A stretch of 64,000 nucleotides of DNA from Mayamaea pseudoterrestris (lineage: Eukaryota). Under the pieces are notes generated by a model. It was given only the letters and a program-made list of their open reading frames with translations, was not told where the DNA came from and did no database searches. The position numbers were made by a program, and so were the translations under genes. The DNA lies in NCBI GenBank assembly GCA_027923505.1, contig BROI01000029.1, forward strand, positions 62,001 to 126,000. Direction: 5' to 3'. Position 1 is the first letter of the stretch. Every line of letters begins with the position of its first letter. Below are positions 26,056-37,424 of this stretch, in pieces.

Positions 26056-26288
26056 TCAGAGAGATGTTTTTGCTGATGATGTGCTGGCCGGAGTACATTG
26101 TCTGGGCTGCGCAACCAAGCACTAAAGGAAGATATTTCATACTGTGTATCCACTAATCTTATCGGCAATTTAGATTAGATTTACATCAACGGCTAAATTG
26201 CAGACGTCTCAAACAATGTAATCATCCAGCGAGTCAACAAGCATTACAGGCAGAATACCGAAACCTTCGATAGGGGAAGTAAATGCAG

Positions 26289-29200
26289 CTAACTAAATGC
26301 TTGCTCTGGCAGCGAGTTGATAAACGTCACGAGTAACCTAGTTGACTGTTCCAAAGTGGTCTCACTGGTGGGTTCCGCAGTCATCGACGTTGCCGCTTGT
26401 TCCTGTTGCTTCTCATTCCCGGCGTACGCTGGTATAGCCTGGCCGCTGATATTCATTAATAATCGGTACAGGGCATCCGCATCTATACATATCATTCTTT
26501 TTAAAGCATCCATTGCAGCGGCGTGGAGCTTGTCATGGTCGATAAACGGGAGTATCATGGCGCCTGCTGGTGCAATTAGATTGGCCACGACCGTGCCCAT
26601 GGCACGATTGCCATAGACATGCGAAAGGCAACTCAAGACTCCTAACAAGAGACCAAGCTCACTGTCCGAAAACTGTCGTTTTTGCTCATGCGCATAAAAC
26701 GCACCAGTCATGCGAGCCTTGTCGGTCATTAATGATCGAGACATGGGCCTCCTCCGAGTTTGTTGCGATGGCAAGAATAAACCAACAGTCTTGCCGATGC
26801 ACGGCCAAATTACTTCGCGGAAGTGTCGGGGCATGAAATCGCCAGCGCATCCGCACATAATGCCTACCAACACATAGAGTTGCGACAAAAATTCACGTTC
26901 TTCGCCCAAATGGTGTTGACTTGCACCTAGCGAGGATGAGTCGCCTGACAGCAATAGCGATGATTGTGGGGTTCCACCCAGAGCCAAAACTGATGAAATT
27001 GCTTTCAATCGAGCCGAAATAGCTGGCCAGTGAGAATGAACCTGGCGAAGTATGGCAGTTGTTGGTCCATTACTCTCGCCTTCCCTCTCGGGTATATTGG
27101 CAGCGATCCAACCCAAAAACTGGAATCCTTTGATCATGACCTTGCAAGACGCCGACTGCACCGCTAAGCTTGAATGCGATAGCAAATAGCTACTTCGTGA
27201 CAGTATATCGCTGACCAATATCAGCTGGTCCGGCAAGGCTGAATCATCTAGTCCTTCTCGGTCGACCATATGCAAAATTTCCGGCATACGTGTAAGTAAT
27301 GCAAATCCTTCCGCCGGTGCATATGATGCGCTTGCATCTTGTTGGAATGGCTCCAATACGGTTGTCCAACTACTCTCGCAAGTTGTCTCGTTGGCAAACG
27401 CATGCAAATTTTCAACAATGCGAACTTTATTTACAAAGAGCAAGTACGAGAGGACAGAATCGAAAAGCTTCGTAAAAACCATGGATTCGACAATCATGTT
27501 GGAAAGGTGGACTGCCTGATAATCAAAACGAATTGCCAGGCTTCCAAACAACTGGTGAACTTGCGATAATAGAGATTTGTCGGAGTAATGTAGTGAGCGT
27601 TTCGTATCATAATACTCGTTGGAACACAAATTGCTTAACAAGGCTGCAGCTGCCATTGCCACCAAAACAACGTTCCGATCTAAAATAAACTTTGATGCGA
27701 CCATGCTTCCGCCTGGAATTCGAAGTCTGGCGTTCATGGCACCAAGAAGTGTATCAGTGTTCGCAAGCAGTAGCTCCTCGCGTCCGTTAAACTCACAGGC
27801 TCGACCAATGGAATCCAGTTGATACAAAGCCATTTCCTGTACCGAAGGTGAGCTAAGCCAGCTAGTCTTTTCAAGAATGGCAAACAAAGTGGTGGGAAGG
27901 AAGCGATTCGTTGAATTTCCAAGCAAACAGAAGAACGCTCCGATCAAGTCCAGAAGGACAACGGTAAAAGCTCCGTTTCCTCGCAACGCTGCCGCAGTAG
28001 CACTGGAGGCAGATGTATCGTCGAGTGAATTTTCAATGAATCTCATCGTCGAAGGAAGTTCAAACAAGTGGCTGCTCGTTATAATAGGCAGTATCGCTGT
28101 TGCTAAATCTTCCAGCAGGCGAACTTGCTTTCGTTGTTGCTTTTCCTGATTTTCGTCAACACTGAATGCCCCGACAAGAAGTTCCTTAGCAAGAATAACG
28201 GCGCCAATTTGTTCATGAAGCCATGCAACTTGACTCACGCCGGTTAATGATGAATGGCGCTCAACTCGCTCGGCAAGTGACTCGTAAGCATCCGCAATGA
28301 ACGCATCTACAAGTAACGCCGTAAACTTGCTCCCCAATGCTTTTCCCAAATTGCGTATGCATTGTAATGCCGTTACTTGGGCGTCGTCGTCTAAAAACCG
28401 AGGTGGAGGATCCTTTGGTCGATGTACAATGTCGACGCCTGAAGCGACAAGTGAGACAGATGTCGCCATATTGCTATTAAATGATTCAAAGTTTATGTCG
28501 CAGATGGAACCAAAGACATTTTTCAACCATGCTGGCGATTGATTGACGCAGAGGCTTGAGTATAATGACTTTGGAGAGATATTCATTGCCAGGTACGCTG
28601 ATAGTAGCTTCAATTTCATGCGCAGATCCAGTTGACGTTGACTTTGCGCCAAAACAGGCAGCTCTTCCATAAGCGAAACAAGAATGTGTATTGGTGCGGT
28701 ATCGTGTTTATCTCTTCCATACTTTTGGACAACCTTCTTTGCTGATGCAGTCACGGAATCGTCCGCGTCATTCGTCAATATCATACATGACTCAAGTGTC
28801 GCTCGCGTGACATCCGATGACGAGAGGGCGGTGTCCTTATACAAACAAAAAGCCGATGTCTCCAACAAAAGCACCTTGTACAATCGAACCGCCTCTTTTC
28901 TCACACTGATTGCTCTCGCCCCCGCAACTTGTCGAACAAGTACAATCATGGGTGGTCCCACGCGCGTCCGCACCAATCGGAAAAAGGCATCTTCCGGTGT
29001 CTCGGTGGGTTGCGGAGATGTTGATTGCGATATGGAAACAGCTTTAGTTGTTCGATGCGGTTCCTTTTCCTTTTCTGCAGTGAAGTCAACCTCGTCAATA
29101 GTAGCAGTTTCTAATAAAAGATTCTGCAACTTTGCTTGTACCCGAGCCAATGCCAACTCGTCAGTGGGTGCAGTCGCTTTAACTTCGATCGTCTCGTTAC

Positions 29201-30230
29201 TCGTTTCAATACAGGTTTGGCGAAGCAGCAAAACTAACGTCCCAAGCGTGATCGCGGCCAGTTTTGATTGCATGTCTGTCGCACGCAGCAACTTTAGTAG
29301 CGACTGATACAAACCTGCAAAGCAGCCCGGGAAAGCCCCGCGCCAAGTATCGACAATAGGAACAGCTCGCAGCAAGGCTTGCATAGTGTTGTTAGATGCC
29401 GTCATTATTGTCGAGGCAATTGCAGATGACTGCTGCGCATTGCTGCCGCAATGAACTTTTGTTAGAGTGACGCATGTATCAACGATCCTCGCCACGAGCG
29501 CTCCATTCATAGCCTGCGCCACTTGCTTTGCGAATAACTTAGATTGTGAATTGCTGGATTGGTTATGACTTGAAGCAGCTGCTAACAGGATGAGGGAAAG
29601 CAAGGCCAAAAGGCAGTCGGTTCCTCGATCAAGGCGCGTCGTATCTTCGGCAGCTTGTTCCTCCACTTGCAGCCCAGACGGCAAGGCGAATGCACATGCA
29701 GTCGTTACCTTGATAGCTAGCTGCTGCTGCTGCTGCTGCTGCTGTGATTTATCAGGGGTTTGTGACGACGCATTTGCCTCTTGTGGCACGACAGGGACGT
29801 ACGCCTTGTAGACGCGCGCCGCCATTTCAACGACTTTCCATTGACTGCTTTGCAGTATTCGTCCACCCGCTGTTTTCTCACCATTACTGCTACTTTTCAA
29901 CGACCAATTTAATAGCGTACCCTTGAGGATTGCAAGTAGTGGAAGTGCCAAATATTCCGTCAATGGCTCGAGTGCTTGCGCCAAGGAAATTTCGTTGCTA
30001 TTTCTACTTGCTTGCTGCACCATGCTTGACAGGGACTGCAGCTCCTGATCCAGTCGATGCAACAAATCCGTCTGACTCTTGATTAATTCCAAATGTCTTT
30101 GTTGCGAACATTGGCTGCACTCCTTTTGATACATTTGAACGACGGATAAAAGCGGACGAAGCAGCGAATCGAGTCGCATCAAGCAAATCTTGGACAGCAT
30201 TTCCACGTCTTGCCGCTGTCGGCCTGTCAT
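26289..30230 (-). CDS. TTI1: TELO2-interacting protein 1 (TTT complex), HEAT/ARM repeat
   Basis: Recalled TTI1-like motifs: AFPGCFAGL, AILEK...IGRACEFNGREELLLANTDTL...RLR, VHSHWPAISARL and GDFMPRHFREVIWP. About 1300 aa, helical; start taken at MTGRQ (30230). Confidence 0.8.
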   Translation of the reverse strand: MTGRQRQDVEMLSKICLMRLDSLLRPLLSVVQMYQKECSQCSQQRHLELIKSQTDLLHRLDQELQSLSSMVQQASRNSNEISLAQALEPLTEYLALPLLAILKGTLLNWSLKSSSNGEKTAGGRILQSSQWKVVEMAARVYKAYVPVVPQEANASSQTPDKSQQQQQQQQLAIKVTTACAFALPSGLQVEEQAAEDTTRLDRGTDCLLALLSLILLAAASSHNQSSNSQSKLFAKQVAQAMNGALVARIVDTCVTLTKVHCGSNAQQSSAIASTIMTASNNTMQALLRAVPIVDTWRGAFPGCFAGLYQSLLKLLRATDMQSKLAAITLGTLVLLLRQTCIETSNETIEVKATAPTDELALARVQAKLQNLLLETATIDEVDFTAEKEKEPHRTTKAVSISQSTSPQPTETPEDAFFRLVRTRVGPPMIVLVRQVAGARAISVRKEAVRLYKVLLLETSAFCLYKDTALSSSDVTRATLESCMILTNDADDSVTASAKKVVQKYGRDKHDTAPIHILVSLMEELPVLAQSQRQLDLRMKLKLLSAYLAMNISPKSLYSSLCVNQSPAWLKNVFGSICDINFESFNSNMATSVSLVASGVDIVHRPKDPPPRFLDDDAQVTALQCIRNLGKALGSKFTALLVDAFIADAYESLAERVERHSSLTGVSQVAWLHEQIGAVILAKELLVGAFSVDENQEKQQRKQVRLLEDLATAILPIITSSHLFELPSTMRFIENSLDDTSASSATAAALRGNGAFTVVLLDLIGAFFCLLGNSTNRFLPTTLFAILEKTSWLSSPSVQEMALYQLDSIGRACEFNGREELLLANTDTLLGAMNARLRIPGGSMVASKFILDRNVVLVAMAAAALLSNLCSNEYYDTKRSLHYSDKSLLSQVHQLFGSLAIRFDYQAVHLSNMIVESMVFTKLFDSVLSYLLFVNKVRIVENLHAFANETTCESSWTTVLEPFQQDASASYAPAEGFALLTRMPEILHMVDREGLDDSALPDQLILVSDILSRSSYLLSHSSLAVQSASCKVMIKGFQFLGWIAANIPEREGESNGPTTAILRQVHSHWPAISARLKAISSVLALGGTPQSSLLLSGDSSSLGASQHHLGEEREFLSQLYVLVGIMCGCAGDFMPRHFREVIWPCIGKTVGLFLPSQQTRRRPMSRSLMTDKARMTGAFYAHEQKRQFSDSELGLLLGVLSCLSHVYGNRAMGTVVANLIAPAGAMILPFIDHDKLHAAAMDALKRMICIDADALYRLLMNISGQAIPAYAGNEKQQEQAATSMTAEPTSETTLEQSTRLLVTFINSLPEQAFS

Positions 30231-30359
30231 GCTTATAAATAATGATGTTGAGGGTGTAAATAATAATGAAAGGAAGGTAAGTGGGGCAGACAATCATCGT
30301 CGGATGCAGTTGTTGTGCCGCATAGCGATTTGCTCGTAAGGTTCCAGGATTTCATTTAG

Positions 30360-30830
30360 TATTGCCTAATGACGTAGTTTTCACTGGCACTCGTTTCACA
30401 ATATTGCCTCGTGAACTAGTTTTCACTGGCACTCGTTTCATACTATTGCCTTAATGACGTAGTTTTCACTGGCACTCGTTTCACACTATTGCCTTAAGAC
30501 GTAGTTTTCATTGGCACTCGTTTCACACTATTGCCTCATGACGTAGTTTTCACTGTCACTCGTTTCACAATATTGCCTCATGACGTAATTGACACTGGCA
30601 CTTGTTTCACAGTATTGCCTCATGACGTAATTGACACTGGCACTTGTTTCACAATATTGCCTCATGACGTAATTGACACTGGCACTTGTTTCGCAGTATT
30701 GCCTCATGACGTAATTGACACTGGCAGTTGTTTCACAGTATTGCCTCATGACGTAATTGACACTGGCACTCGTTTCATCCTATTGCCTTATGACGTAATT
30801 GACACTGGCACTTGTTTCGCAGTATTGCCT
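30360..30830. repeat. 42-bp tandem minisatellite, 11 copies plus a partial, two subtypes
   Basis: Unit TATTGCCTCATGACGTAATTGACACTGGCACTTGTTTCACAG. Copies 1-5 carry TAGTTTTCA and copies 6-11 carry TAATTGACA. Confidence 0.95.
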
Positions 30831-30952
30831 GCACTTCTTTATGTCGCCTTCTCGCCATGCAAGCATCCAAGTCGACCGATTCACCCGATTTTAGAGCCAT
30901 TTGTTCCAAGCTTTATTCTATATACTTGATACTTGTTCTTTGAACATCAAGA

Positions 30953-32392
30953 ATGGACGTTTATACTGATGAAAATAATGAGGAGGATATCCGCAATGAA
31001 TATCCGCAATGGATTGACGACTGCCACCTTGATCTCGGCTGGATCCAACGGAAGCTAGAAGGATCGCCCGCTTTTATAAATAATGCTGCGACCCATTCAG
31101 CATCACCGGCATCCATTAACATCAAGTCATGCTCAGTAGTGGTGGATATGAGCAATGCTACTCGTCGGGGTGCACGTGTTCGCGATGGTGCGACTCTCGC
31201 CTTTTCCGTGACATTGGCGACACCACCGAATGACATTGACACCGAAGAAAATACAGGAGATGCTCAAACTATCACCAACACTACCACAACGACAACTCAT
31301 GCACTGATGATGAAGCAAGTATCAGATTCAGGACTAGCGATGAGCAAAATGCTCGGCTTGTCACGAGAAGCGCTTTTTTACCAAGGCATTATCGCCATGG
31401 GTTCATCCCAAGACGAGCACTTTGCTCTCTTTGAAGATACCATTCCGACAGTTTACTACGCTGCCGGAGACTTGGAAACGGGTCGCAAAGTTATCATTAT
31501 GGACGACTTGTCGAGTCGAGCAGTCGATTCGGCCGTGTTCTTTGCTGCAAGCCCGGAGCATACTGCCTTGGGCTGGAAGGCGAACCCAAACCTTTGGAAA
31601 CGCCGACACGAAATCATAACGGCCATTCAGACTAGTGCATCAACAAGAAACATGCCATCACAAGCAATGGTCGCCAAAATTACCTTTCAAAACATGGCAC
31701 GCATTCACGCCTTCTACTGGAAGCGACCCAATTTGCTGCATGACAAGACTTGGTTGCGTGGAAATTTATGGATGCATGGCCGTGATCAAGAGTCATGGGA
31801 AGCTCCGCAAAACCTGATTCGAAACATTTACGAAACAAAAGTGGCCGATGGGTCATTTGAAACGGCCATTGCATGGGATGCAGATCTGCTCGCTTTAACG
31901 CGACATGCCATTCACGGAATTTCGTGGGAGGCACAACAGAGGCGACTAAATGCGGAAACGCACTGGACACTGGTTCATGGTGATTTTTGGCCCGGGAATG
32001 TTTTGTGGATGAACGAGGGCGATGGCGGTGCTATTGCAACATCGCAAGTTCGGCTGATCGACTGGGAAATGTGTGGGATTGGTTCCGGTCCGCAAGACTT
32101 GGGCCAGTACGTCATTTCGAACATGGAACCTTGCGAGCGCCGCGCCTGTGAGCGCGAGCTGGTGCAAATCTATTTTGACGAGCTTGTCAAGGCTGGAGTT
32201 GCTGGAGTCACGTGGGACTACTGCTGGAACGAGTATCGCATCGGCGGAGTTGAAAGGTGGTTGTGGTTCCTCGTTTACTTTGTCGGCTTGAAAGGCTTTG
32301 GCGAATGGGCACAATTTTTTCATGATCAAATGGCGGCCTTTGTAAAAAACCACGAGTTGACGATGGCCGACATAGTGCAACCGAGACCGTAA
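30953..32392 (+). CDS. APH/choline kinase/EcKinase-like phosphotransferase
   Basis: REALFY, Brenner motif LVHGDFWPGN, LIDWE and GPQDL. Confidence 0.85.
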   Translation: MDVYTDENNEEDIRNEYPQWIDDCHLDLGWIQRKLEGSPAFINNAATHSASPASINIKSCSVVVDMSNATRRGARVRDGATLAFSVTLATPPNDIDTEENTGDAQTITNTTTTTTHALMMKQVSDSGLAMSKMLGLSREALFYQGIIAMGSSQDEHFALFEDTIPTVYYAAGDLETGRKVIIMDDLSSRAVDSAVFFAASPEHTALGWKANPNLWKRRHEIITAIQTSASTRNMPSQAMVAKITFQNMARIHAFYWKRPNLLHDKTWLRGNLWMHGRDQESWEAPQNLIRNIYETKVADGSFETAIAWDADLLALTRHAIHGISWEAQQRRLNAETHWTLVHGDFWPGNVLWMNEGDGGAIATSQVRLIDWEMCGIGSGPQDLGQYVISNMEPCERRACERELVQIYFDELVKAGVAGVTWDYCWNEYRIGGVERWLWFLVYFVGLKGFGEWAQFFHDQMAAFVKNHELTMADIVQPRP

Positions 32393-32492
32393 ATAGAGCA
32401 GCTACACTAAGTGCGAACTATTTCAAAACATGTATTTGTTATGTAAATTATCCGCCCCGAAGTTTTTAATACGCTCAAGCGCCCGTACACTA

Positions 32493-34691
32493 TCAGTCAA
32501 GCAGCTTGTGAGCCATTTCATTTGTTGCATGATCTGGACTTGTGCAAGTCCATTGAGCATCGCTCATGTAATCGTCGACGCCAAAGGCCGCTGCAGAATC
32601 ACCAGCAATTAAATGGTACGAAAGCCTTGCAATGACGTTGCGTATGCCACTCACGATTCGATCGCGCTCTTCTACGGAATTGGCTTCAAAAAGATGACTT
32701 GTGCCTTCAGTTGTTTTAATTGTAAAGCAAGTGTTAGCTGATGCTTCAGGCGCTTCTTCCTCTACGCTTGGTGAAACGGAATGGATATTAAGTAAATAGA
32801 TGCCGGTTGTCTGAACTTCAAAGCGCGTACCTCCTGGAATTATTGTCCACTCAAGCTTGGGCTCAATGTCGCGCTCGTCCTTTGACTTGCCCGGCTCAAT
32901 GCCCATGTGGACGGCACGGCCGCTCCACTCTGAAGTATCTGGTCCAGGCGCTTGCAGATGAAAGATTGTTAAGCCATCGGTCATCATTTCCTTGAGAAAT
33001 AGGATCGTAAACTTTTCATCATAGAGTGGTCGTTCTTCATTATGGTGAGGTTCTGTTGCTTGGCAAAGATGGTTGAAGTTTTGCTGCATTTTCTCCTGGG
33101 TAAACGATGCATCGTTGCCACATTGGAGGAAAGACAGGACTTTGTTGGCGGCATCTGACCGAATCCACTCTTGAACGAGTGACGTAACGTGATGCCTCCA
33201 CTGCGTCCGGCCAGATGCATCTGATTGTTGCGAGTTGTTGAGCGCGTTGGCGTCATTGTCATTTCCAGAGCGAATAGAGGCAATTGATGAAACTACCTCT
33301 TTGTAGTCCGCCACATCATCTTTCTTCTCCTCTTCGCCCTCCGCGTAGTTGTAGTTCGAGTCCACTGTTTCCACCATTACTGACACTTGATGCCTCAAAC
33401 CGGCAGAGGAGCTAGAAGTGCTGATGTCATCAGCATGATCATCACCAATATCTGAGCCGGCAACCTCATCATGATCAGCAATAAGCGAGCCAACAATTTG
33501 ACGCCTCGGAGCCGGTGGCTGTTCACCTTTTCTTCGCTGGATTGCATGCATAACGTCGTTGAGTGTATCTTTATCGTTAATATCGTCATCAATAGGTCTT
33601 ATTTCGAATGATCGTTCGCGAGATGGAGACGCATTGCACTCGTTGGCGGATGCCTCATTGTCTCGCAACCGTCCACGTCCTATGTAATGTTTAGCTTCAC
33701 TTGGAGACGGTTCATTCTTCTGTGCCTCTTTGAAAGAACTTTTTGCCACGTTTTCATTCGATTGTGTGGGAAGGCAGTCTGTGTTTTCGTTGCGGTCCTT
33801 AACTGATTCGATGCTTTCTACGTTGTTCGTCGTTTCAGCCTTCCAAAATGACTCGCTCATTTCAATTTCCTCGTCCGATGAAACGACCGCATTAGTTTCC
33901 AACGCAAAACCTTTTTCGAAAGTCGATGTTTTCTGTAATAGTTCTTCGTTAAAGCGTATCCCATCGTCATCTTGATCTTGAAAGAGCGTTTCCCAGACGC
34001 GCTTTTCCTGAGAATTTTCGACGACGACGCAATAAACTTCCGTCGACTGAATTGTTGCTGTTCTTGTCATGGCGAGTGAGGAAATGTCGACCGTATGATG
34101 TTCTTGACGAGTTGAGAGAAGCGGAGTGCTCATGCTGTCATCGTAGTCCCCGCTATCTTCATCGACTTCCAACCTCTCATTCTCTGGAGTCACAAGAAAT
34201 AGTCGCTTGCGAACGCCATCGTACTCATCTTGTGTGTTGGGGGTCGCGCAGCAGGACTTATTAAAGGACACCTCGGCGCTCCCAGGAGTTTGGGCGTCAA
34301 TAGCAAGAGTTGCCAAGAGCTGCAAGCTACTTGTCGATGGTAGCGTAAGGGGACGGCGAAGCGGAGGAGGTGAGTTAAACGCATCCGGCGTATGGACGTC
34401 GACAAAGCTGCTTCGAGGAGTACTCTTGCTTCTGCTACCAGATATAATCTCGCTAGACTGCCTTCTTCCGCTTCGGAACGGAGTCATAATCAAGCTGCTG
34501 GATCTTGGTGTGCTTTCACTCCTTCGACGCAATGAGCGAGTGAGAATGAGATGGCGTTTACTTGGCTTGCTACTGCAGCTTCCTTGGCTAGCCGAAGCAG
34601 TCTCATCGGTCATGTGATGGGACGCTTCACTAACGCTCTCCCCTGCTGCAGACTTGCTGATTCTAGTGTTGCTGCGCGAGAGGATCCTCAT
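32493..34691 (-). CDS. Hypothetical protein, disordered N-terminus with C-terminal PH-like domain
   Basis: 732-aa ORF. The C-terminal CFTIKTTEGTSHLFEANSVEERDRIVSGI is typical of the last strands and helix of a PH domain. Confidence 0.75.
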   Translation of the reverse strand: MRILSRSNTRISKSAAGESVSEASHHMTDETASASQGSCSSKPSKRHLILTRSLRRRSESTPRSSSLIMTPFRSGRRQSSEIISGSRSKSTPRSSFVDVHTPDAFNSPPPLRRPLTLPSTSSLQLLATLAIDAQTPGSAEVSFNKSCCATPNTQDEYDGVRKRLFLVTPENERLEVDEDSGDYDDSMSTPLLSTRQEHHTVDISSLAMTRTATIQSTEVYCVVVENSQEKRVWETLFQDQDDDGIRFNEELLQKTSTFEKGFALETNAVVSSDEEIEMSESFWKAETTNNVESIESVKDRNENTDCLPTQSNENVAKSSFKEAQKNEPSPSEAKHYIGRGRLRDNEASANECNASPSRERSFEIRPIDDDINDKDTLNDVMHAIQRRKGEQPPAPRRQIVGSLIADHDEVAGSDIGDDHADDISTSSSSAGLRHQVSVMVETVDSNYNYAEGEEEKKDDVADYKEVVSSIASIRSGNDNDANALNNSQQSDASGRTQWRHHVTSLVQEWIRSDAANKVLSFLQCGNDASFTQEKMQQNFNHLCQATEPHHNEERPLYDEKFTILFLKEMMTDGLTIFHLQAPGPDTSEWSGRAVHMGIEPGKSKDERDIEPKLEWTIIPGGTRFEVQTTGIYLLNIHSVSPSVEEEAPEASANTCFTIKTTEGTSHLFEANSVEERDRIVSGIRNVIARLSYHLIAGDSAAAFGVDDYMSDAQWTCTSPDHATNEMAHKLLD

Positions 34692-35113
34692 GGTGACGGA
34701 GAGTGAATCTGGTTGCTAGTAACAGTCAATCAAGTCTGTTTGCCCAATACAAGACTCGAGCTAACTGTAAACCCAAGATTTCTTTCGCACCTCTCGCTGA
34801 ACTCGCCTTCATTCATGTGTGAAGCTTTCTTGCATAGAACAGGCAAATTCTCTGCGAGTCCCGAGAAAACTTGGAGCATATCAAAGGCATGAAAGGCGAG
34901 AAGACATGCATCATGCTTTCGTGCACGGCACTTTTAACTCGTCGCCAATTTTGTTGTGGAAAAAGTGAAGCGAGCCGGCCGAGTCGTCGGAACCGCCGGG
35001 TGAGTCACGTTTTCTTGTCCTAGCGACACATTTTCGTTGGAAGTGTGCATGGACATCGGACACACCACGACAGCAAGATTGTTGTCTATCAGGCTTCAGC
35101 CTTGACAACGCTA

Positions 35114-36315
35114 ATGCCGATCATAAAAAAACGTCCGCGGCGCAGCAGCAATGCTAGTGCTGTATCGTCTGCTTCATCCGAGGCAGCTCGATCCTCGTCG
35201 TCGCTGCTTTCAATCGATCCACAGCCGAAATCTAAGCTTGTCACTCCTCCATCTTTAGCGGAGACGACCGCAACAAGTGCAGAACTATGTTCACCAAGAC
35301 GGCTATTGTTTGGAAAGTACGTCGTGACACCCGCTCTACCTGGCTCGAAGATGATAGACCGCATGTATCGCGACCATCATCGTCATACGAACCGACTCGG
35401 CGACGGCGCGTTGGACGATCCCATGAATGGCGAATTCACACAAGGCAGCATGCAGCGACTCATCAATGCCAGTATGAGGCATCAATCTATGAACAACGAA
35501 AACAATAGTGTTCCAATATACTTTGCTGACATTGGCAGCGGAAGCGGCAAGGTTGTGATGCACTTGGCTGCTTGCGTCTCTAATGCTCTCGCAATTGGTA
35601 TTGAAGTCTCTCGTGTACGTTTCATAGTCTCTCTTTTGTGCCAAAAGGAAGCATTGGACAGATGCGATGAGTACAGTACGCGGGTCTTGTTCAAGTATGC
35701 CGATGTATTGAGCATGGATAGCTTTGGACCATTGACTCACATTTATGCAGCGTCTGCAGCGTAAGTACAAGTCAAGTGGCATGCTTCCACTGCCTCTGCG
35801 ATGACACAAGATGTGTTCTAGTATCATCAAAAGCGTTTGACTCACAGACATTGTTTATATTGTATTCTGTTTGAAGCTTCCCTGACGCTCTCATGCGTCA
35901 TTTAGCAATCATGTGGAAGGCAAGCTTGACGGCCAAGTTCTTGGTCTGCAACCACAATCCAAAGCAAATGCTTAACGTATTTCAATTCACCGATTTGAGA
36001 TACGTCAACGTCAAGATTCAGTGCACCATGCATGGATCGGGTGAAGGAAAGACCTTTTACTTTTACGAGCGTTGGTGCGGCGATGGGCAAGAACAACGGC
36101 TCACTGGAAAAGAGGAGATCAATAGCACTCCACAATCAAAACGAGTACGTTGCATAAGTGGAGGTACCGCACTGGTCACGACCGACGAGCTTGACTCGCT
36201 GAGTCAAGGCGAAGGCCGAGAGACGCGCCTGCAAGCGATTCGACAAACGCTAGATGAGTTTATGAACGAGACAGCTACCAAAAGACGACGCAACGTCATG
36301 CGATACACAGCCTGA
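35114..36315 (+). CDS. Class I SAM-dependent methyltransferase, DOT1-like; intron at 35761-35876
   Basis: NGEFT (YGE-like), FADIGSGSGKVV, AIGIEVSRVR, FKYADV and THIYAASA|AF after splicing GC|GTAAGT...AAG|C. Basic NLS-like ends. Confidence 0.7.
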
Positions 36316-36443
36316 TATAATAAGAGTGATAAAGCGTAAACTGAATGCCTACACTACAGTATCTACTGCCACTTGTCCTGGATAGGTGTTTCATATATGT
36401 GTAATTCGTGTCGCTTTCTTCACTATATATACAATGAACGCCA

Positions 36444-37424
36444 CTATCCACTCACCAATTTCGCAACATCCTTAATAGCGTCTCTGAATCCTTGCTTGGT
36501 CATGGCCATGACATTGACCAGTTGCTTCTCTTCCTTTGAGTAAGCTTTTGGTGCATCCATTGTAAAGCAAAACTCGGCGCGGCCGCTAAAGACCTCATCC
36601 TCAAAGTACTTGTAGACAACCGAGTTGCCTTCCGACTGACATGGTGCAAGTCTCACAAAGACTCCAAAGTCAAGCGACTTGCGCTCCTCCTCACCACCTT
36701 CGGCATGCTCCACGGCCCAATCCAAATCCTTGACGAGTTGCTGGTAAAGCTCGAGGGTAATTTCAAGTGGAAGATTAATCATGCGTCCCAGCAGCAGAAA
36801 TCCAGCTGGTCGCTTCGTCTTTCCGCCCAAAACGACACTTAGTTCCTCCTTGCGATCCGACGGACAATGTTCCAAACATTGTTGCTTCAAGTATTGAATC
36901 GCCGCAGATGACTGGTAGGTGGTAACGTTGAGTACGCTGGCAAAGCCGTAAACATTCGGTTCATCGGCTTGCTCATCTTGCGTCGATACAAGAGTTCCTA
37001 CGGAAACATTGTCAATCATGTGATCCGTTAGTTCGGATGAATACTGTTGGTAGACGGTGCTGCTCGCATGCAATAAACTCTTGAGTGGATGAAAGTATTT
37101 TTCGTCCATGTCGCAAAAGGTAAAGGTGACATTGATAACATCAGGTTCCTTCTTGTCCGTGGAGCGCTTTTGTTTCTTTTTATTCTTCTTGTCTATCGCA
37201 GTCTCTGCTAGTTTCTTTTTGGTGGCTGTTGCAGTAACAGGCGTGCCTTGCTTTTCAGTCGAAATTTGCTCGTCGTCGTCATTGTCGCCTTCGTCGTCAT
37301 TTTCGCTCGATGAAGAGGAAGAAGCATCTGGATTTCTCATCAATACGCCTTCCAATCCAAGCTCGTCATCATCCGACGACTCGTCGGAGGATTCCTGATG
37401 ATTGTCGCCTTTGTCGGTTGCCAT
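36444..37424 (-). CDS. BCCIP: BCP1/BCCIP family protein
   Basis: Acidic N-terminus, INVTFTFCD...YFHPLKSLL, VYGFASVLN, GFLLLGRMINLP and YKYFEDEVF. Confidence 0.88.
   Translation of the reverse strand: MATDKGDNHQESSDESSDDDELGLEGVLMRNPDASSSSSSENDDEGDNDDDEQISTEKQGTPVTATATKKKLAETAIDKKNKKKQKRSTDKKEPDVINVTFTFCDMDEKYFHPLKSLLHASSTVYQQYSSELTDHMIDNVSVGTLVSTQDEQADEPNVYGFASVLNVTTYQSSAAIQYLKQQCLEHCPSDRKEELSVVLGGKTKRPAGFLLLGRMINLPLEITLELYQQLVKDLDWAVEHAEGGEEERKSLDFGVFVRLAPCQSEGNSVVYKYFEDEVFSGRAEFCFTMDAPKAYSKEEKQLVNVMAMTKQGFRDAIKDVAKLVSG

Noticed and set aside
29720..29743. (CTG)n microsatellite
   Set aside because: Encodes an ordinary poly-Gln tract within TTI1.
30360..30830. CRISPR-like appearance of the 42-bp array and its ORFs (30528..30749, 30531..30929)
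   Set aside because: Units are contiguous with no unique spacers, no cas genes are present and the context is eukaryotic. The ORFs exist because 42 is a multiple of 3.
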